64,000 nucleotides of DNA from the NCBI GenBank assembly GCA_002633005.1, contig NMRA01000253.1:507251-571250 (forward strand). Reading direction: 5' to 3'. Positions 12,801 to 27,800 of this stretch are shown piece after piece. The translations under genes and the position numbers were made by a program. The first letter of the stretch is position 1. The number at the start of each line of letters is the position of its first letter. The notes under the pieces are model-generated. The model was not told the DNA's origin, did no database searches, and was given only the letters and a program-made list of their open reading frames with translations. This stretch comes from Phoronis australis (taxonomy: Eukaryota; Animalia; Phoronida).

Positions 12801-15800
12801 GCTTCCTTGACTTGAAGTCACCATGGTCTACACGGACCTTTTTATGGTAACAGAATTGGGGAAGATGCTTTCTTCGCCATCTGTTGGCTGGGAATGTAGG
12901 TGAAAGTTCTCAAGCACTGGCATTGCCGGAAATATGCAACCAAGGATAAAACGATATAGGGTTGATATGACTGACATTCTGCACAATGAACAGCAGAGGC
13001 CAAATTTAAATTCGAATTAAGTTTTAACATCAGAGAGAGGTTTTTGTAATGAACAAGAGGTCACGACACCTCTGTCCTCCCTTCTCACATCCTGTTCTGT
13101 GCTGAATTTTGGCATGAAACCAAATTGATAATTCAGTGGCGGATCTAGGATATCACAAGGGGGGGGCCCAACATTTTGTCCGGCTGGAAGCATTTGCGCA
13201 AACTGAACCACGATTGTAGATGCGCATAGCACCGAATGGGGGGAGGTCGGAGGNGTTGGCCAAAATTTTATTGCCCCCCAAAATTAGTCACCGAAGTGAT
13301 TTGCTAAGCTTCCTAGACTTGAAGTCACCATGGTCTACACGGACCTTTTTATGGTAACAGAATTGGGGAAGATGCTTTCTTCGACATCTGTTGGCTGGGA
13401 ATGTAGGTGAAAGTTCTCAAGCACTGGCATTGCCGGAAATATGCAACCAAGGGTAAAACGATATAGGGTTGATATGATTGACATTCTGCACAATGAACAG
13501 CATAGGCCAAATTTAAATTCGAATTAAGTTTTAACATCAGAGAGAGGTTTTTGTAATGAACAAGAGGCCACGACACCTCTGTCCTCCCTTCTCACATCCT
13601 GTTCTGTGCTGAATTTTTGGCATGAAACCAAATTGATAATGACAAATTTTAACCTAAATTTCTGAATTTTCTTCTCTCTTGCACCGGAGCACTTGAGAAT
13701 TTGCGTCCTAACTGCTGTTCACAAAGGCTGAAAACGCAGTCTGCAAGTAATATTTTCAACTTTAATTTTCCGGTGGCCCTACCCATGCACAGGGACATAG
13801 CTTTGTTGGATTTATCCATCTTTGAGAAACGTCATCAATTGTACTTTCTGTTAGTTGTGCATTTTTCAACTGTCTTGAAACAAGGTGGAAGCATGGGGTT
13901 TCATTGACCCAGACCAATGATGACGTCAGAGTCACACACCCGAATTGTGGTTTTTGTTTTTCTTTCTATGGCGTATAGGGCTTGGGTGGAACGTTTGTTT
14001 AGTAAAAACGAAATTAGTTCAGACCTGTTATCACCAAAATCCTCTTTATTCGTATTTTTGGAATATTTTGCAGTCTAATGGCCTCAACCATTATCAAACA
14101 GAGAATCATCTGCTTTTGAGTAAGGAAGCATTACCTAACAGAATTAAAAAAGACTTACACACTTAACTGGAACTTGCTTAACATTTTATGAAGTCATATT
14201 ATAACTAGAAAAATGTATAGTCCATATTGAGATTAACAGTGCGCGTCATACAACAAAAAGTCACAAAAGAATTACCTTTCTGAATATTTTCGTAGTGAAC
14301 AGTCACGTAATCGTCTCTATCAGCGCGTGATTGTTCGTGTAAAAACCCAAGGGTATGCAAAAGTTCGTGCATTATAGTTCCTTTTCTTTCGCATCCACTT
14401 CCTAAAGACAAGGTTTGATTTTTGCCTTTTCGTCCAACTGAAGAGTAACATCTGAAACAAATCCATTACAGCAAATGCTTACGTGCATTAAATTTCAAAT
14501 GCAACCAGCCTTCTATCGTAACAAGAAACTCATTAGTCTGGTGGCATGCCACTAGTTCACGTCCGTCACCTGTAGATCACAGGCACTGGTTATCCTTACG
14601 GATCGTTGTCGCTCTAACATATGTGGGATTAACTAATATTTTCGTTGCAAGTCAAAACATTTACTGAATTACTTTGCCACCACTTTTCGAGTTCATTTCT
14701 TTCACCTGAGAACAGCTTCCACAGTTCATTCATTTCATCGCAGTCCCTTTGTCGCTATGAACACAAACCCCCGCATAAGATTAGAATATGCAAACAATCT
14801 GTATAATCAGCCGGGCAATTGACCTATCGCAAGTTCCGCCCCTATGCGAAAAGGCACATGATACCCGACAATCGAACGAGATGTCAGAGGCAAATACACT
14901 GCCTCTAAACGACGTTCCTGGTGGAATCGATGACTGTTTTTGCACTATTTGAAAACGCTTCGACAGAGACAAGAGGCGATGCTTTACAACAAAAGATCGT
15001 ACGTTCATGATATGGGAATTTGTAAAGGTGACGATGAAAAAATAAGTGCTCGAGGAGCCAGCGAAAATCCGAAGAACCCCTCGGCCTCGGGGCCACCTCC
15101 ACCTGACAAATTACAAAGCCACTGATACGATATGTTCATGTAAAGCTGGGTATGTAGCTTAAAGTCGAATTATCTGTACGATTCCATAGATTTCATGATC
15201 TTTCGAATAAAATCAGTGAAGATTCACCGATATTTTTATTCTGTCGTCTGCTAAATTTCGCCAAATGAAAAGTAGGTCACAACTGGTGGGACTCCTGGAG
15301 TAAAGTAGGTCATAGATTACAGACAACACATGCACTATAGACAGAGATCGTGTAACTTCGTACATAACAGCCACAGGCTTCGCATACAAAAGTCAGCCAT
15401 TACACGAATGCTCAAAACAAAAACAGCATAGCAGTTCAGCATGGTAGTGAGCTATTCTAAGTCATATTCCTCGGTTGTATAAGGTCTGTGTTTTATTAAA
15501 TATGTGATCTGACATGAATTTGTTGTTTGTTTGTTTATTATTCTAACTTGGGTTTTAATTATTCCAAATGGATCTGCTCCAGCGTTGGTCATGTACTGTT
15601 ATGATTTGTTTACTTTCTTGAGGCTGAACTGTCCCCTGGAATCTATCCACACACGTTCTTAACAGGATGACACAGAGTTCACAGAAATCAGAGCCAAATA
15701 ACCATTTAGTAATATTGCAACATTGTGATGAATTTTGTATGATTTCCATTAGTTGACCTTAGTGAATCACTAAAACAATCTTAACAACTGTTATTATAGA

Positions 15801-18800
15801 TTGTTTTCTTGAATTGAAAACTTTCAAGTCTCCGTATTGCTCGCTCCAAATGGATTCTTACTGTGGAAATGCGCCATGTTTTTGTCAGACCTTTAAGGTG
15901 CGACTTGCCTTTGGTGAAAGGTGGTATGTTTAACTTAACTCGTCTTGGAAACAGGAGTTCATCAATAGTAAAACCTCTGTCTGCCATAATTTTGTCTTTG
16001 GGTGAAAGGTATTTCAGAAATCCAGATTTTTGAACAATGTATCTGTCACTACCCCTTGCCCCCAAATGCTTTAGATACGTACATGGTGTACCCATTTTTG
16101 GTGCAACTGCAACCATATACTTTGCAGTATTGTGTGATTTGTACTGGCTTTAGGTTTCACCCCCTATCAATGATTTCAAATCAGCTGATCTGCTACCAAA
16201 TACAAAACCCAAGCAGGCACACCAGCTTAGAAGGCTGATTTTACAGACAGGCTGTACTGACTCCAGTGTTTAGTCTAGCATGCCAGTAATGGCGTGACCT
16301 CAATATGGCGCTCCCCAGGAATTCGGCAGTTTCCATAAGGGAATCTGTCTATAGTCTCTGATTAAGTCGACTTGATAGCATTGTTTACGCTTTTCTAATC
16401 TTGTAAAGAAATATTTCGATCAAAAAATTCAGGTTCAGGCTCAGGAACACGCTCATCTCGTCCTAGCCAAACAGTTAGCTCCAGTAGGTCTAGGGCTGGG
16501 GGGCTCAACATATGTTGCCTCGTGGAATTTAGCAAAGTGCGATTGTATGTGCACAGACAGCCGGAAAGTTGCAGGGGCCAGGGATGAAGACCGTTGGACC
16601 TTCTGTTCAGAAAATCTATCGGCGAACTAAAAAAAAACAGGAACACGAGTCCGCCGCGATCTGGGGTCTAAGCCCCCCTTCTCCGCTACCGGTCCTAGTT
16701 ACTGAACTCAATATTTCCTCACGCTTCACGCTCTTGCTGTTTCATTTTGCTTGCGGCAACCAATGGGGGGCTGGCGCCCCTGCCCCCCTCCTAAATCCGC
16801 CTGTGGAATTGTCCGTTTGCACCATTAAGACATTTAAATTAGGCCTACTTTCTTATGAACTTGGCATTTTTTGTAGTTTGTTTCCATAAAGGGACATGTA
16901 GCTTTCATTTAATTGTGAAGGTAGCATGATCACTAAGTCGTGGTATGTTTACAAAAGATTACAAGTCTAATGTGGTACTTGCAAAGATAGGGTATTTACA
17001 AAAGTAACTCATATTCTTTTTTAAAGCTTCACAAATCTAAATATCATGTTTGCACAAATTCAAAATGAGCTCTCTCTAACTCCGAGTCTACAGACATAAT
17101 GTATACTAGAGGTACTCGTCAAAAAGTAATTCAACAGTTTATTTTAATGACAACAGCTCGACCAAGGCTTTGAGTTCCGGCAGTAATCCAGTGCCCTTCC
17201 CTGAGCCAATCGAATCTGTGGATTTTGACCGGAAGAGAAGTTCAGTTGAACACCAGCCTACGGTTTATGAATAACAAAAATGTACCTCTCATACGAAACC
17301 AAATAATGTCCATTAGGTTGAAGTAAATAAAAAACATAAAATATGTCCTTGAAAACAACAATTTCCGGGGACTACCGCTAGAGCGAGTGCTGAGATCCAG
17401 CAGGTGCCTACACAAAAGCGGCCAGACGTAGGAAACTCGGGAGTCAAAATCTGAGATAGTCCTGCACCACAGCCACCAAACTGAAAAGTGCGTATCTTGG
17501 AACTAATATATTTGTGTTCGAGTCATCAAGCAACGCTAAGTTCAGCTGCTCGTGTGGCCGTACAGTTTGATCCATAGTTTACGCTTTTCAACATCGTTTT
17601 TCGGCTTAGGACATGCCAAAAAATGACGGGGTATTATTCTGGAGCAGCATAACGGCTGTCGGTGTTACACACGCCATATCAACACCGTTTCCCCATTCTT
17701 AGCGGACAATTTCTTGAGCTATAGACTAAATTAAGTTTTAGTGGACTACGTGTGGTTTGTCGGGTACAATGGCGGCTTGGAAACGCAGACGAAGGTGTGC
17801 CAAGAATGCTGCGTTCTGATTGGTCAATTAAGCCGTCCGTCATAATCCTGGCGATACGACAAGATTACTTGTATAGGTAAGTTTAATCCTACTCAAATTC
17901 TATGACACTGAAGTTTCTTGACATCTTAGCCATTGTTTCAGTTTCAATTTGAAGCAAGTAATATAAATTTAGTGTTTAGTTTGATGGAAGATTCCAAACT
18001 TGTTTGTGCTCTGTCAATCTCTAGTCGGCTGTTTTATTGACTTTTCTAACTTTGCTTGTATATATCTCCTCTTTCTGTTCAATCTGCTTCAGTAGTGGTT
18101 CAAGACCTCTAAATAACACATGTTAAGAAATCCCTAAGGACACTAACTGACCACTCACTTTCAACAAAAATGATGGATAATCAATCTTTTTGTCCCAAAA
18201 GGCGTCCCCCATTATCCGGATCTGCAATGAAATACTAATTTACTGAGTGTTGTACCAAAATGAATGTAGCTCGTTGAACTTCTTATCTTTGCTTTTGCTT
18301 ATTTCTTTTTCTTTCTTTCTCTTTGCTTCCTTAGGCTTAAATATCCCCCCTCCCCCCTCATTGCGTTGTGAATGCAAAAGCAGCAATGGAGGAAAATTGA
18401 AGAAACAACTATTATGTTACCTTCTGTTGTCGTGTTAGCAAAAAACCAAAGCATTACAATTTAAAGGTGTGCATATTTTGTAATTCTTAAAAAATGTGGT
18501 GTTGAGAGCATGCTCAGACGCAGGTATATCTCGAGTAGTAGTGGCTGCCTACGAGCGAGAGCGTGCCAGCAACATTCAGCATTAGGACTAAATTATCATG
18601 AGTAATATCAGTGTGTCAACAAAGAATATGGTCAGCAGCAGCAGGAACAATAGCACACCCCCACCAGAGGAGCAGCCTCATTCGTCATGTAGAAGAATGG
18701 TCTGTTTTAAGTTGATTGAGACAACTGCATGTTTTGTCAGAAAAGTGACATCACTTTTTCTTTGCACAATGTATGAACTCTGGCAACATCTAAGAATACT

Positions 18801-21800
18801 TTGACACTCTCAGACACAGATTCTATGATGCATCAGGCTCCAAAAAAGCCAGAAAGTCTGGTGATGACCGAAGTATGAACATTGACGTTTGCTTTCAGTA
18901 CATATGTGATGAAATTAAATCAAGACTGAATCAAGGACATGCGTATGACATGGGAGTCATTTGGAATACTTATGAACAGTATCCTAGGAAGTTCGCAACC
19001 TGCTGAACTAGTTTCTATAATGATGTCAAAAAGTCTCTTGATGACACAGCCAGTTTCGTACGGAATAATGGCCTAAATAATGGCCTATTACTTTATCCTC
19101 CGAAATATCGTGAACGTACTATTGCGTCTTCAATAACCTCAATGAATGCAAGTGATGAAAACGGTGATATAAGATTTGACTCGGTCCAGAACAATGATGT
19201 GCTGGACATTGTACATACCGCTCTGAAATTACGAAATGATTTGTTAGAAACATCTAGCCACAGTGGATGGAATGGTATTAACAGGGAACATGTCCAAAAC
19301 ATAATACCTTAGAGTGTTTATGTTTTCTTATCAATACTGCTCGGATGAACAGATGTTTTGGACTGTGTCGATGAAAAAGCGAACATCTCTCGACATAGAA
19401 ATATTACAAACATTGCTCAGGGCGTAGTACGAAATGATTTGTTAGAAACATCTAGCCACAGTGGATGGAATGGTATTAACAGGGAACATGTCCAAAACAT
19501 AATACCTTAGAGTGTTTATGTTTTCTTATCAATACTGCTCGGATGAACAGATGTTTCGGACTGTGTCGATGAAAAAGCGAACATCTCTCGACATAGAAAT
19601 ATTACAAACATTGCTCAGGGCGTAGTTTTTTAACTTTCTAACTGACGGAAGTTGACACCAAAGCATATTGGTCTTGGCCTTGCTCTAGGCTACGAGGTCA
19701 GAAAAAGATTTGTTTTCAGCTGCAGGTTACACAATTGGAATGGACATCATAAGACGAATAAACACTTCGATTTACAACTGAAATAATGAACAGATATGAA
19801 CAGAACAACTGATTCTATATCTGGTGGCATAGAACCATATTCGCCTGGTAAGATGATATTGTCATAAGTCGTCAACATTGGTGTATTAGAGAAGACGGTT
19901 GATAGAAAAAATGCATTCATTGCACGCAAATGATGCTGTGGCAAAGGAGCCCTTGTCAAAGGACTGTTTGATTAGAGTGCAATTAGCAGAAAGAATGCTT
20001 TAGACACCAGAACTTTGAAAAAGTAACGTGATCTTGATTACGCACCGAGATTGTAGAGCAGACCACATCCTCCTAGCAATGCTGGCGCCCAGTCTGAGGA
20101 ATGGTTTTATTGTACACAGATGCAAGATGGGGCACAGCTGAAGAGCATGGCCTGGTCAACTTTGAGAATGAATTATTCAGAAACGATTCCACAATGGTCA
20201 GCCTTTAATGCAGCCATAATTTAATTCTAGTTTTCATGCATGATTCTCATCGATTACCTTTTTCATGCATCTTTCAATTTTCTGCTTTTAATAATATTTT
20301 TATGCTGTTTATGTTAGTTGCCATGGTAACCATTTTTAATTATCAAAAACTGTGTGCTTCTTGATGTGATATAACTTTGAAAAACTCATCTTTTTAACTG
20401 GTGCAACACATGCTCAGAAATCGGAAATTTTTGCATATTGCTGAGCCTGGAACTGTGCGTTAGTCATATTACGTAATGCTACCTAGTTACCATGTCAACA
20501 AAGTATGTTTCAGCTTGGAAACACAATTACGTCTAAGAGAGGGTCACCAGTTTAGTACTATAAGCATTCATTATCGGCAATTAACATGGTTTTGCCATCA
20601 AAACTAAAATAGAGCTTATTTTCAGTGCCGCCGATCCAATACCTGGTTACCATGGCAATGATGCATATTTTACCTTGGTAATACTCTTGGTGTCAAGGGT
20701 GAGACACTGGAGCCATTACTTTTTAATTGAACCTGAAATTGCTGGTTTTGGGTGTCAAAATACCTGGTTACCATGGCAACGTTGCATATTTCAGCCTGGT
20801 AACATCCCTAGTCTTCAAAGGAGGGCCACTGGAAGTTATTAGAGCATGGTTACCCGCTTCTAACATCACTTTGCCATCAAACCTAAAATTGATGATTTTG
20901 GCCGGCTGACTAGCATGTTTACCAAGCGTAGGGCCTCATTTTTAATTTCAAAACTTGTTGCAATACTGAATATCTGTGCGGATGAATCTTTTATCTTTAT
21001 TTAGAGCTAACTTTAAAATCGACATAATCTTGCCGATTTCTCAGATCCACCTGTACCGCGTTGAAATTTGGTTACTTCTTATCCAGGTTCCGCGAGATAT
21101 TTTTCAATCCTAGTTTCATTGTACCGTGACATAATAGGACATGACCTGCTGTTTTTTGCACAAAAGCCTTGCGTTTTGCATAGCAGTCAATTTAAAGGAG
21201 TAACCTGACAGCTTTTTGGGGGATATCGCCATGCTTTCGTTTGAAGGATGTTTCATTATATCGACTAAGGAGTATTTGTGCTATGACTTCACCTTTGTTG
21301 TAAATAAAAATTTGACCTAAAATGTGTGGCCACGTTATACTAACAACGACTCGTAAATACAAACAGTGCTTTCATAATTCCTTGTTTTTCTTTCAGAAAA
21401 TATATAAGACAGTCTCAAAGTGTGCGGAACGGTTCCGCACTTTTTCTATATCCACTTAGGGCCATAAAAAATGGTATGAAACAAATCTATACCTTACCCT
21501 AAAATGTTTACATTGATACATTTTTATTTCCTCAATTAGCATTTTCTTAATTAGAAGTTCAATTTTTGCAGTCAGTGCGGAATATTCCGCAGATTTGCGT
21601 AATATTCCGCACTTACAGAATACTGCGCAAGTTTTGTGGAATACTGTGACTTGCGAAATATTATGTATATTTTGTGGAATAATAATGAAAAATAATAATT
21701 TATTTTTAAAAATCAATGTGACAGTTCCCGAAGGGTTCCACAAACAGAAAAGTTTAGCACAGGACTAAAATTTTTAATTTTCTCCCGGCCCAATAAACAT

Positions 21801-24800
21801 TCCATTCTCAATAGCACTGGACAGTAAAATGTGCCCACTCTCAATAATTAATCAATGTGACGGTTGCAGAATGGTTCCACATGCGGAACGGTTCTGCAAA
21901 CAGAATAGTTTTTTGGAGCACTCATTTTTTATAATCCTCATATCAACCAATAAAGTTAAATGCATTTTATAATCAATACCACTTCAAAGTATCAATGGTA
22001 CAATCCTAATAATAATTACTTGATCAATGTGACAATTGCGGAACCGTTCCGCATGCGGAACCATTCCGCGTGCAAAACCGTTCCGCGTGTGGAACCGTTC
22101 CTCTTGGGTAACGATTTCCCAAACAGAATGGTTTTGTGTTGTATCTGATTTTTCAAATAAATTTAAAATGCATTCCATTCTCAATACCACTTGAAAGTAT
22201 CAATGTGACGATCCTAACAATAATTAGTTGATCAATGCGATTGTTGCAGAATGGTTACGCATGCAGAACGGTTCCGCAAACAATGCTTTGTGGAGCTTAC
22301 TAATTTTTTTCTTGTGCATTAAAGTTGAAATACATTCTATTCTCTATAACACATCATTGTGTCATCATGAATAATGATTATCAGTGAGGAACTTGCTGAA
22401 TGATTTGTGATGCAGAAACCTAGTTCTAGCAGACTCGGAAAAAATTGACATCCTGTCTCTGCCATTTTAACGCTTTTGGTAGAACGTCATCACCAGCCAC
22501 GGAACATTCAAATCTTAATGTGCAACAAACATAAAACATAAATGTATCAGCATTTCTACAATTATAATTAATAAACAGGACAGTTACGGAACCATTCGGC
22601 ATGCGGCACCGTTCTGTGTGGGGAGCCGTTCCGCATGGGGATCGATTTTCCAAACAGAATGTTTTTTGGGGGGTTATCTGTTTAGCCCAATAAGGTTAAA
22701 ATGCATTCCATTCTCAATACCACTTGAAAGTATAACAATAATTAGTTGATCAATGTGACTTTGCGGAATGGTTCCGTATGCAGAAAGGTTACACTAACAA
22801 TGGTTTTGTGGATCTCATAATTTTTTTAATTCCATGGCATTTTTGATTTTAGAACATTAGACATCCACGAACCCCTCTGAAATCAACCATTTGTTGAGTA
22901 TTTTTATCATAAAAATTGCGGAAACGTATTTTGAGCATCCCTAACAACCATAATAAAACTTGCACAATTAGCGTATGCTTAAATAATGTTTATGTACAAC
23001 ATTTGAACAGTTGTAATTTGAACAAAAATTAAAATTCAAAAATCAGATGAGTGTAATTGGTACACTGTGTAATCTGAGTGCGCACACAGTATCAAGTACA
23101 CTCGGATTCACATTTTCGAGTTTTCGGAAACGTGGCGTTTAAGTATATCTCATGGGAAAGTGGGTGACTTAATAGAATATGCATGAAGCAAAAATCTCAC
23201 AAACACCTCTATTGCCTCAGGGCGTGGGACGAGGGGGTCATGGGGTCGAGCATTTTTTATTACTTGGTTTACTTATTTTTAGCAGAAAAATGAAAATAAA
23301 AATAACATTATTTCATGATCGCTTCCAACTTGGCCTGCTTTGACAACTTTATACAAATTTTGGCAATTTTGCATTTCCTCAAAAGCTGGAAACTCAGGGG
23401 AGCAGATATAAACAGGTGTTAGTGGCAACTGTCGTATTTTTTCAAAATACAGAAAGGTGGTGGATCTAAACCAAGGTTTTATGTAAGGTAACTTACATAA
23501 CGGGGCTCGCCAGTTTTGTTTTTTGATAGATTTTTTGTAAGTTTTTTTGTATTTTGGTTTTAGTCTGCTACAAATCTGATCACATTTGTTTTTGGACAAA
23601 ATATGAGTATGAACTTTAAAATTAGTGCAGATGTAAACAAAGACTCACTGTAAAGACACAAACAGTGCTGTTTCTTATCCATTCATTGCCAACTAGTGGC
23701 ACTATAGATTTCTCTGGTGTTCAGGTGTTAGACAAGGATAATGCCACCCTCAGTCTCCTCTTAAAAGAGCTATGTAAATACTGTTGAATCATGTTGAGCA
23801 CTATCTCAATAGAAACATTGATTCATTAGAGGCCCAACTGTTATGATTTCTGGTTTTTCCCCTCACAATGCAGTTTGAGGTGTACCTGTAGAGTCTATTC
23901 TCCACCTACGTCACCTGATTGAATAATGTGAACTTTTGTTTTGAGAATGGTTTATAGTGAATAAACTGAAAGACTGATAAACATGTTGTTGTTCACATAC
24001 GCGCTAGTTTTAAATTTTGTACTACAAATCTGTAATAAAAAGTGGGGGCCACCCATTAGTTTTTCCCCCGTGTGATCGAACAGGAATACCTTGGGCAATT
24101 AATGTGAGAATTCAACTCTAATCGAATTAGTGCGTGCAATCCTCTTGAAAATGGTATCGTTTCATTGCAGGATGTTAATTTTATATTGCAACGGCTTCAA
24201 TAATATTTTCCTTTTTAATGGTTTTCTTATATCAGTGTTACAACATATTTTTCCATGATCTTGGGTACCTCAGAATTGAGCATTTTGGCTTCTATGCAAA
24301 AATTTAATCGAAAAATCTTAATTTTTAATTTTTTCATTAATGTCCTGTGTATGTGCAACTACATGAGCAACAAAGTAGGGTCCCCGAATTAGTCTTCAAG
24401 CTACATGTATGTTAGCTCAAACAGAATATTCACTTTCTCAAAAATATACTAAATTTCACAACCACAGATTCGATTCACCACATGATGTTTTTTTATTTTT
24501 AATGGGAATGTGAAAAATGTTTAAGTTAAAGGGAGTAAACTAACGAAACAAATTTCATGATCAATGAATTAAAATTTGCTGGTGTACAAGGAATTAAGAT
24601 GCACACTTGTATAATGTCTACACTTTTGTTTGTCATAGACTTTATTTACGAATGAGTAGAAAGTAAAAATAGCAAAGTACCATTTGAATGACCACGTGAT
24701 TCAATAGCCTAAATGATGGTAAAATATTGTTCTTGTTAAATAAATTTGGATGTGCAAAAATGCGGCTGCCATAGTTTTGGGTTCTCCTTGTTATACCAGT

Positions 24801-27800
24801 AGATTCCACATTTTAACAATTGCCAAAGTTGCCATTTTTCCAGTTTAACAAGTAGTGAAGTAAATGTTTTCAACCTACCACTCTAGCCAAGCTGTGGGAA
24901 TCTTTCTTGACCACTGAAGTTAAATTACTAATCTCCTGTTGTCCTCTGGTAATGTGATGCAAACAGAGCAATAAGTGGTCAGTGCAGCCCTAAAGTCAAC
25001 CAGTGTGTCAACTGGTTTATAACAGTTAAACTTTGATTCAGAGATTTTGAGATTGTACACCCAGAAATTAGGAACCTGATGAAAAGCAATGCTGTAAAGC
25101 AGAGGTTTGATTATGGTAAAAAGTAAAACTGTAAACAAAGAAAAAAATTGAAATTTATGAAAGACAGAACAACAAATTTCGGGCCAAAAGAATCAACAGG
25201 CTAGTAGTTCATTTGTCACTTCAATCTTAGTTTTTTCAATCTCATTAATGTTGTTACCAGAATTAGTGAAGGTGGTGTGGGGTACCATTGCCAGTTCTTG
25301 TAGTCTGTCTTAAGTAAACAAAATTTGAGAAATTTCACTAATTAACTCTTACAGACATTCACACACATAATTTGGAAATGGTGATAACAAAGATGATAAA
25401 AATACCAATAATAATAATACCACCAATAATAATAACACCTGGTAATTCTGCTATTACTAATAGTAATTAGAACAATAAAAACATGTAGTAACTACTGCTA
25501 TGGCTACTATTTAAATGGCAGAGGAAACTGAGACTGTTGGGCTCTGGAAATGAAAAAATATTATACCCCTATGGATATGGAATTTTGTGGTATTCAAAAG
25601 GCGCTTCGATTTTTAAAAGAATTTCGACAGAGTTGTATAGATAGAGAAAATCAAATGTAGCAAGAAGCTGTAAATTAGATACGTAGCAATTTTTCAAATT
25701 ACATCTTGAAAAGGAAAATATTAGACATAGAGAAACCGTATATGAGGTCTCCCAACTGGCACATATTTGATGCACAAATCATTCACTGATGATAGAATGA
25801 TAGAGCTGGGACAACATTTTGGAATGCTGAGAGGATTTAAACTTCGTTCAATTTGTGACATTCGAAAAATTGAAAACAAGTACCTAGAATTAGTTTTAAG
25901 ATTCCAGTTGTCTCTTGAGAACTGTCCATATATTTTTTAAACGTTATGCAATCAAATGAAGAGATATAAGTGTATAAGAAATTTTGTGAAGTTCATGTTT
26001 TTGCTAATAAGTGTAAATCGTCTGTACTAAACCTTGACTGAATGTGAACGTAATAATAATGATGATGAGCTCCACCAAGCCATTGTTTCTGGAACCATTC
26101 TGCTTTTGGAACAAATCCGCAACAGTCACATTGGTCAACTAATTATCGTGAGGATTGTCACGTTGATGTTTTCAAGTGGTATTCAGAATGGGATGCATTT
26201 TAACTTTATTGGGCTAAACAAAAACCCCGCAGAACCATTATGTATGGAAAATCGTTCCGCATGCGAAACGGTTCCGCAACTGTCACATTTATTAAATAAT
26301 TATTAGGCTAGAAATTCTGATACATTTATGTTTATGTTTATGCTTCTTGCACGTTAAGGATTGTCACATTGATACTTTCAAGTGGCATTGATAATGAAAT
26401 GCATTTTAAGTTGATTGGACAAAAATACCCTGCAAAACCATTCTGTTCTGGAAATCGCTCCGCATGCGGAATAGTTTTGCATGCGGAACGGATCCGCATG
26501 CGGAACGGTTCCGCAACTTCCACATTTATTGAATAATTAATGTTAGGGTAGAAATTCCGATACATTCATGTTTATGCTTGTTGCACATTAAAATTTGAAT
26601 AGTTCCTGGCCTGTGTTAAATTCTACCATAAGCGGTTAAATGGCATAGACAAAATGTAAATTTTTCCCGAATCTGCTTGAGGTAGGTTTCTGCATCATAA
26701 ATCATTCAGCAAGTTCTCCACTGATTAATCATTGTTCGTGCTGATACAATGATATTTTCATGTGTTATTGACAATAGAATATATTTCAACTTAAATATGC
26801 AATAATTTTTTTTAAACAATTGGGATCTACTCAAAACTATTGTTTGAAGAACGCATGCGGAACGGTTCCGCAACTGGCACATTGATCAACTAATTATTTT
26901 TAGGATAGTCACATTGATACTTTCATGTGGCATGGGAATGGGATGCATTTTAAGTTGATTGGGCAAAGCAAATAGCCCTCAAAACCATTCTGTTTGGGAA
27001 ATCGCTCCCCATGCGGAACGGTTCCGCATGCGGAACGGTTCCGCGTTTGTCACTTTTATTAACTAATTATTGTTAGGGTAGAAATTCTCATACTTTTATG
27101 TTTAATGCTTGTTACACGTTAAGATTTGAATATTTCGTAGCTTATGTTAAGGTTCTACCAAAAGCGGTAAAATGGCATAGACAAGATGTCAATTTTTCCC
27201 CGAGTCTGATTCAGGTAAGTTTCTGCATCACAAATAATTCAGCAAATTCCCCACTGATTAATCATTGTTCATGTTGACACATTGAAATTTTCATGTGTTA
27301 TTGAGAACAGGATATATTTCAACTTCAATGTGCAAGAAATTTTTTTTAAAAATTGTGAGCTCCACAAAGTATAGTTTGCGGAACGGTTCCGCATGTGGAA
27401 CGGTTCCACAAATGTCAGAATTGATAATTTCAAGTGGCATGGGAATGGAATGCATTTTAAGTTGATTGGGCAAAAGAAACATCCCTAAAAACCATTGTGT
27501 TTGGGAAATCGCTCCCCATGCGGAACGGTTCCGCAACTGTCACTTTTATTAACTAATTATTGTAAGGGTAGAAATTCTCATACTTTTATGTTTAATGCTT
27601 GTTGCACGTTAAGATTTGAATATTTCGTGGCTTATGTTAAGGTTCTACCAAAAGAGGTAAAATGGCATAGACAAGATGTCAATTTTTCCAGAGTCTGCTT
27701 GAGGTAAATTTCTGCATCACAAATCATTCAGCAAGTTCCTCACTGATTAATCATTGTTCATGTTGACGCATTTATGTTCTCATATGCTATTGAGAATAGA

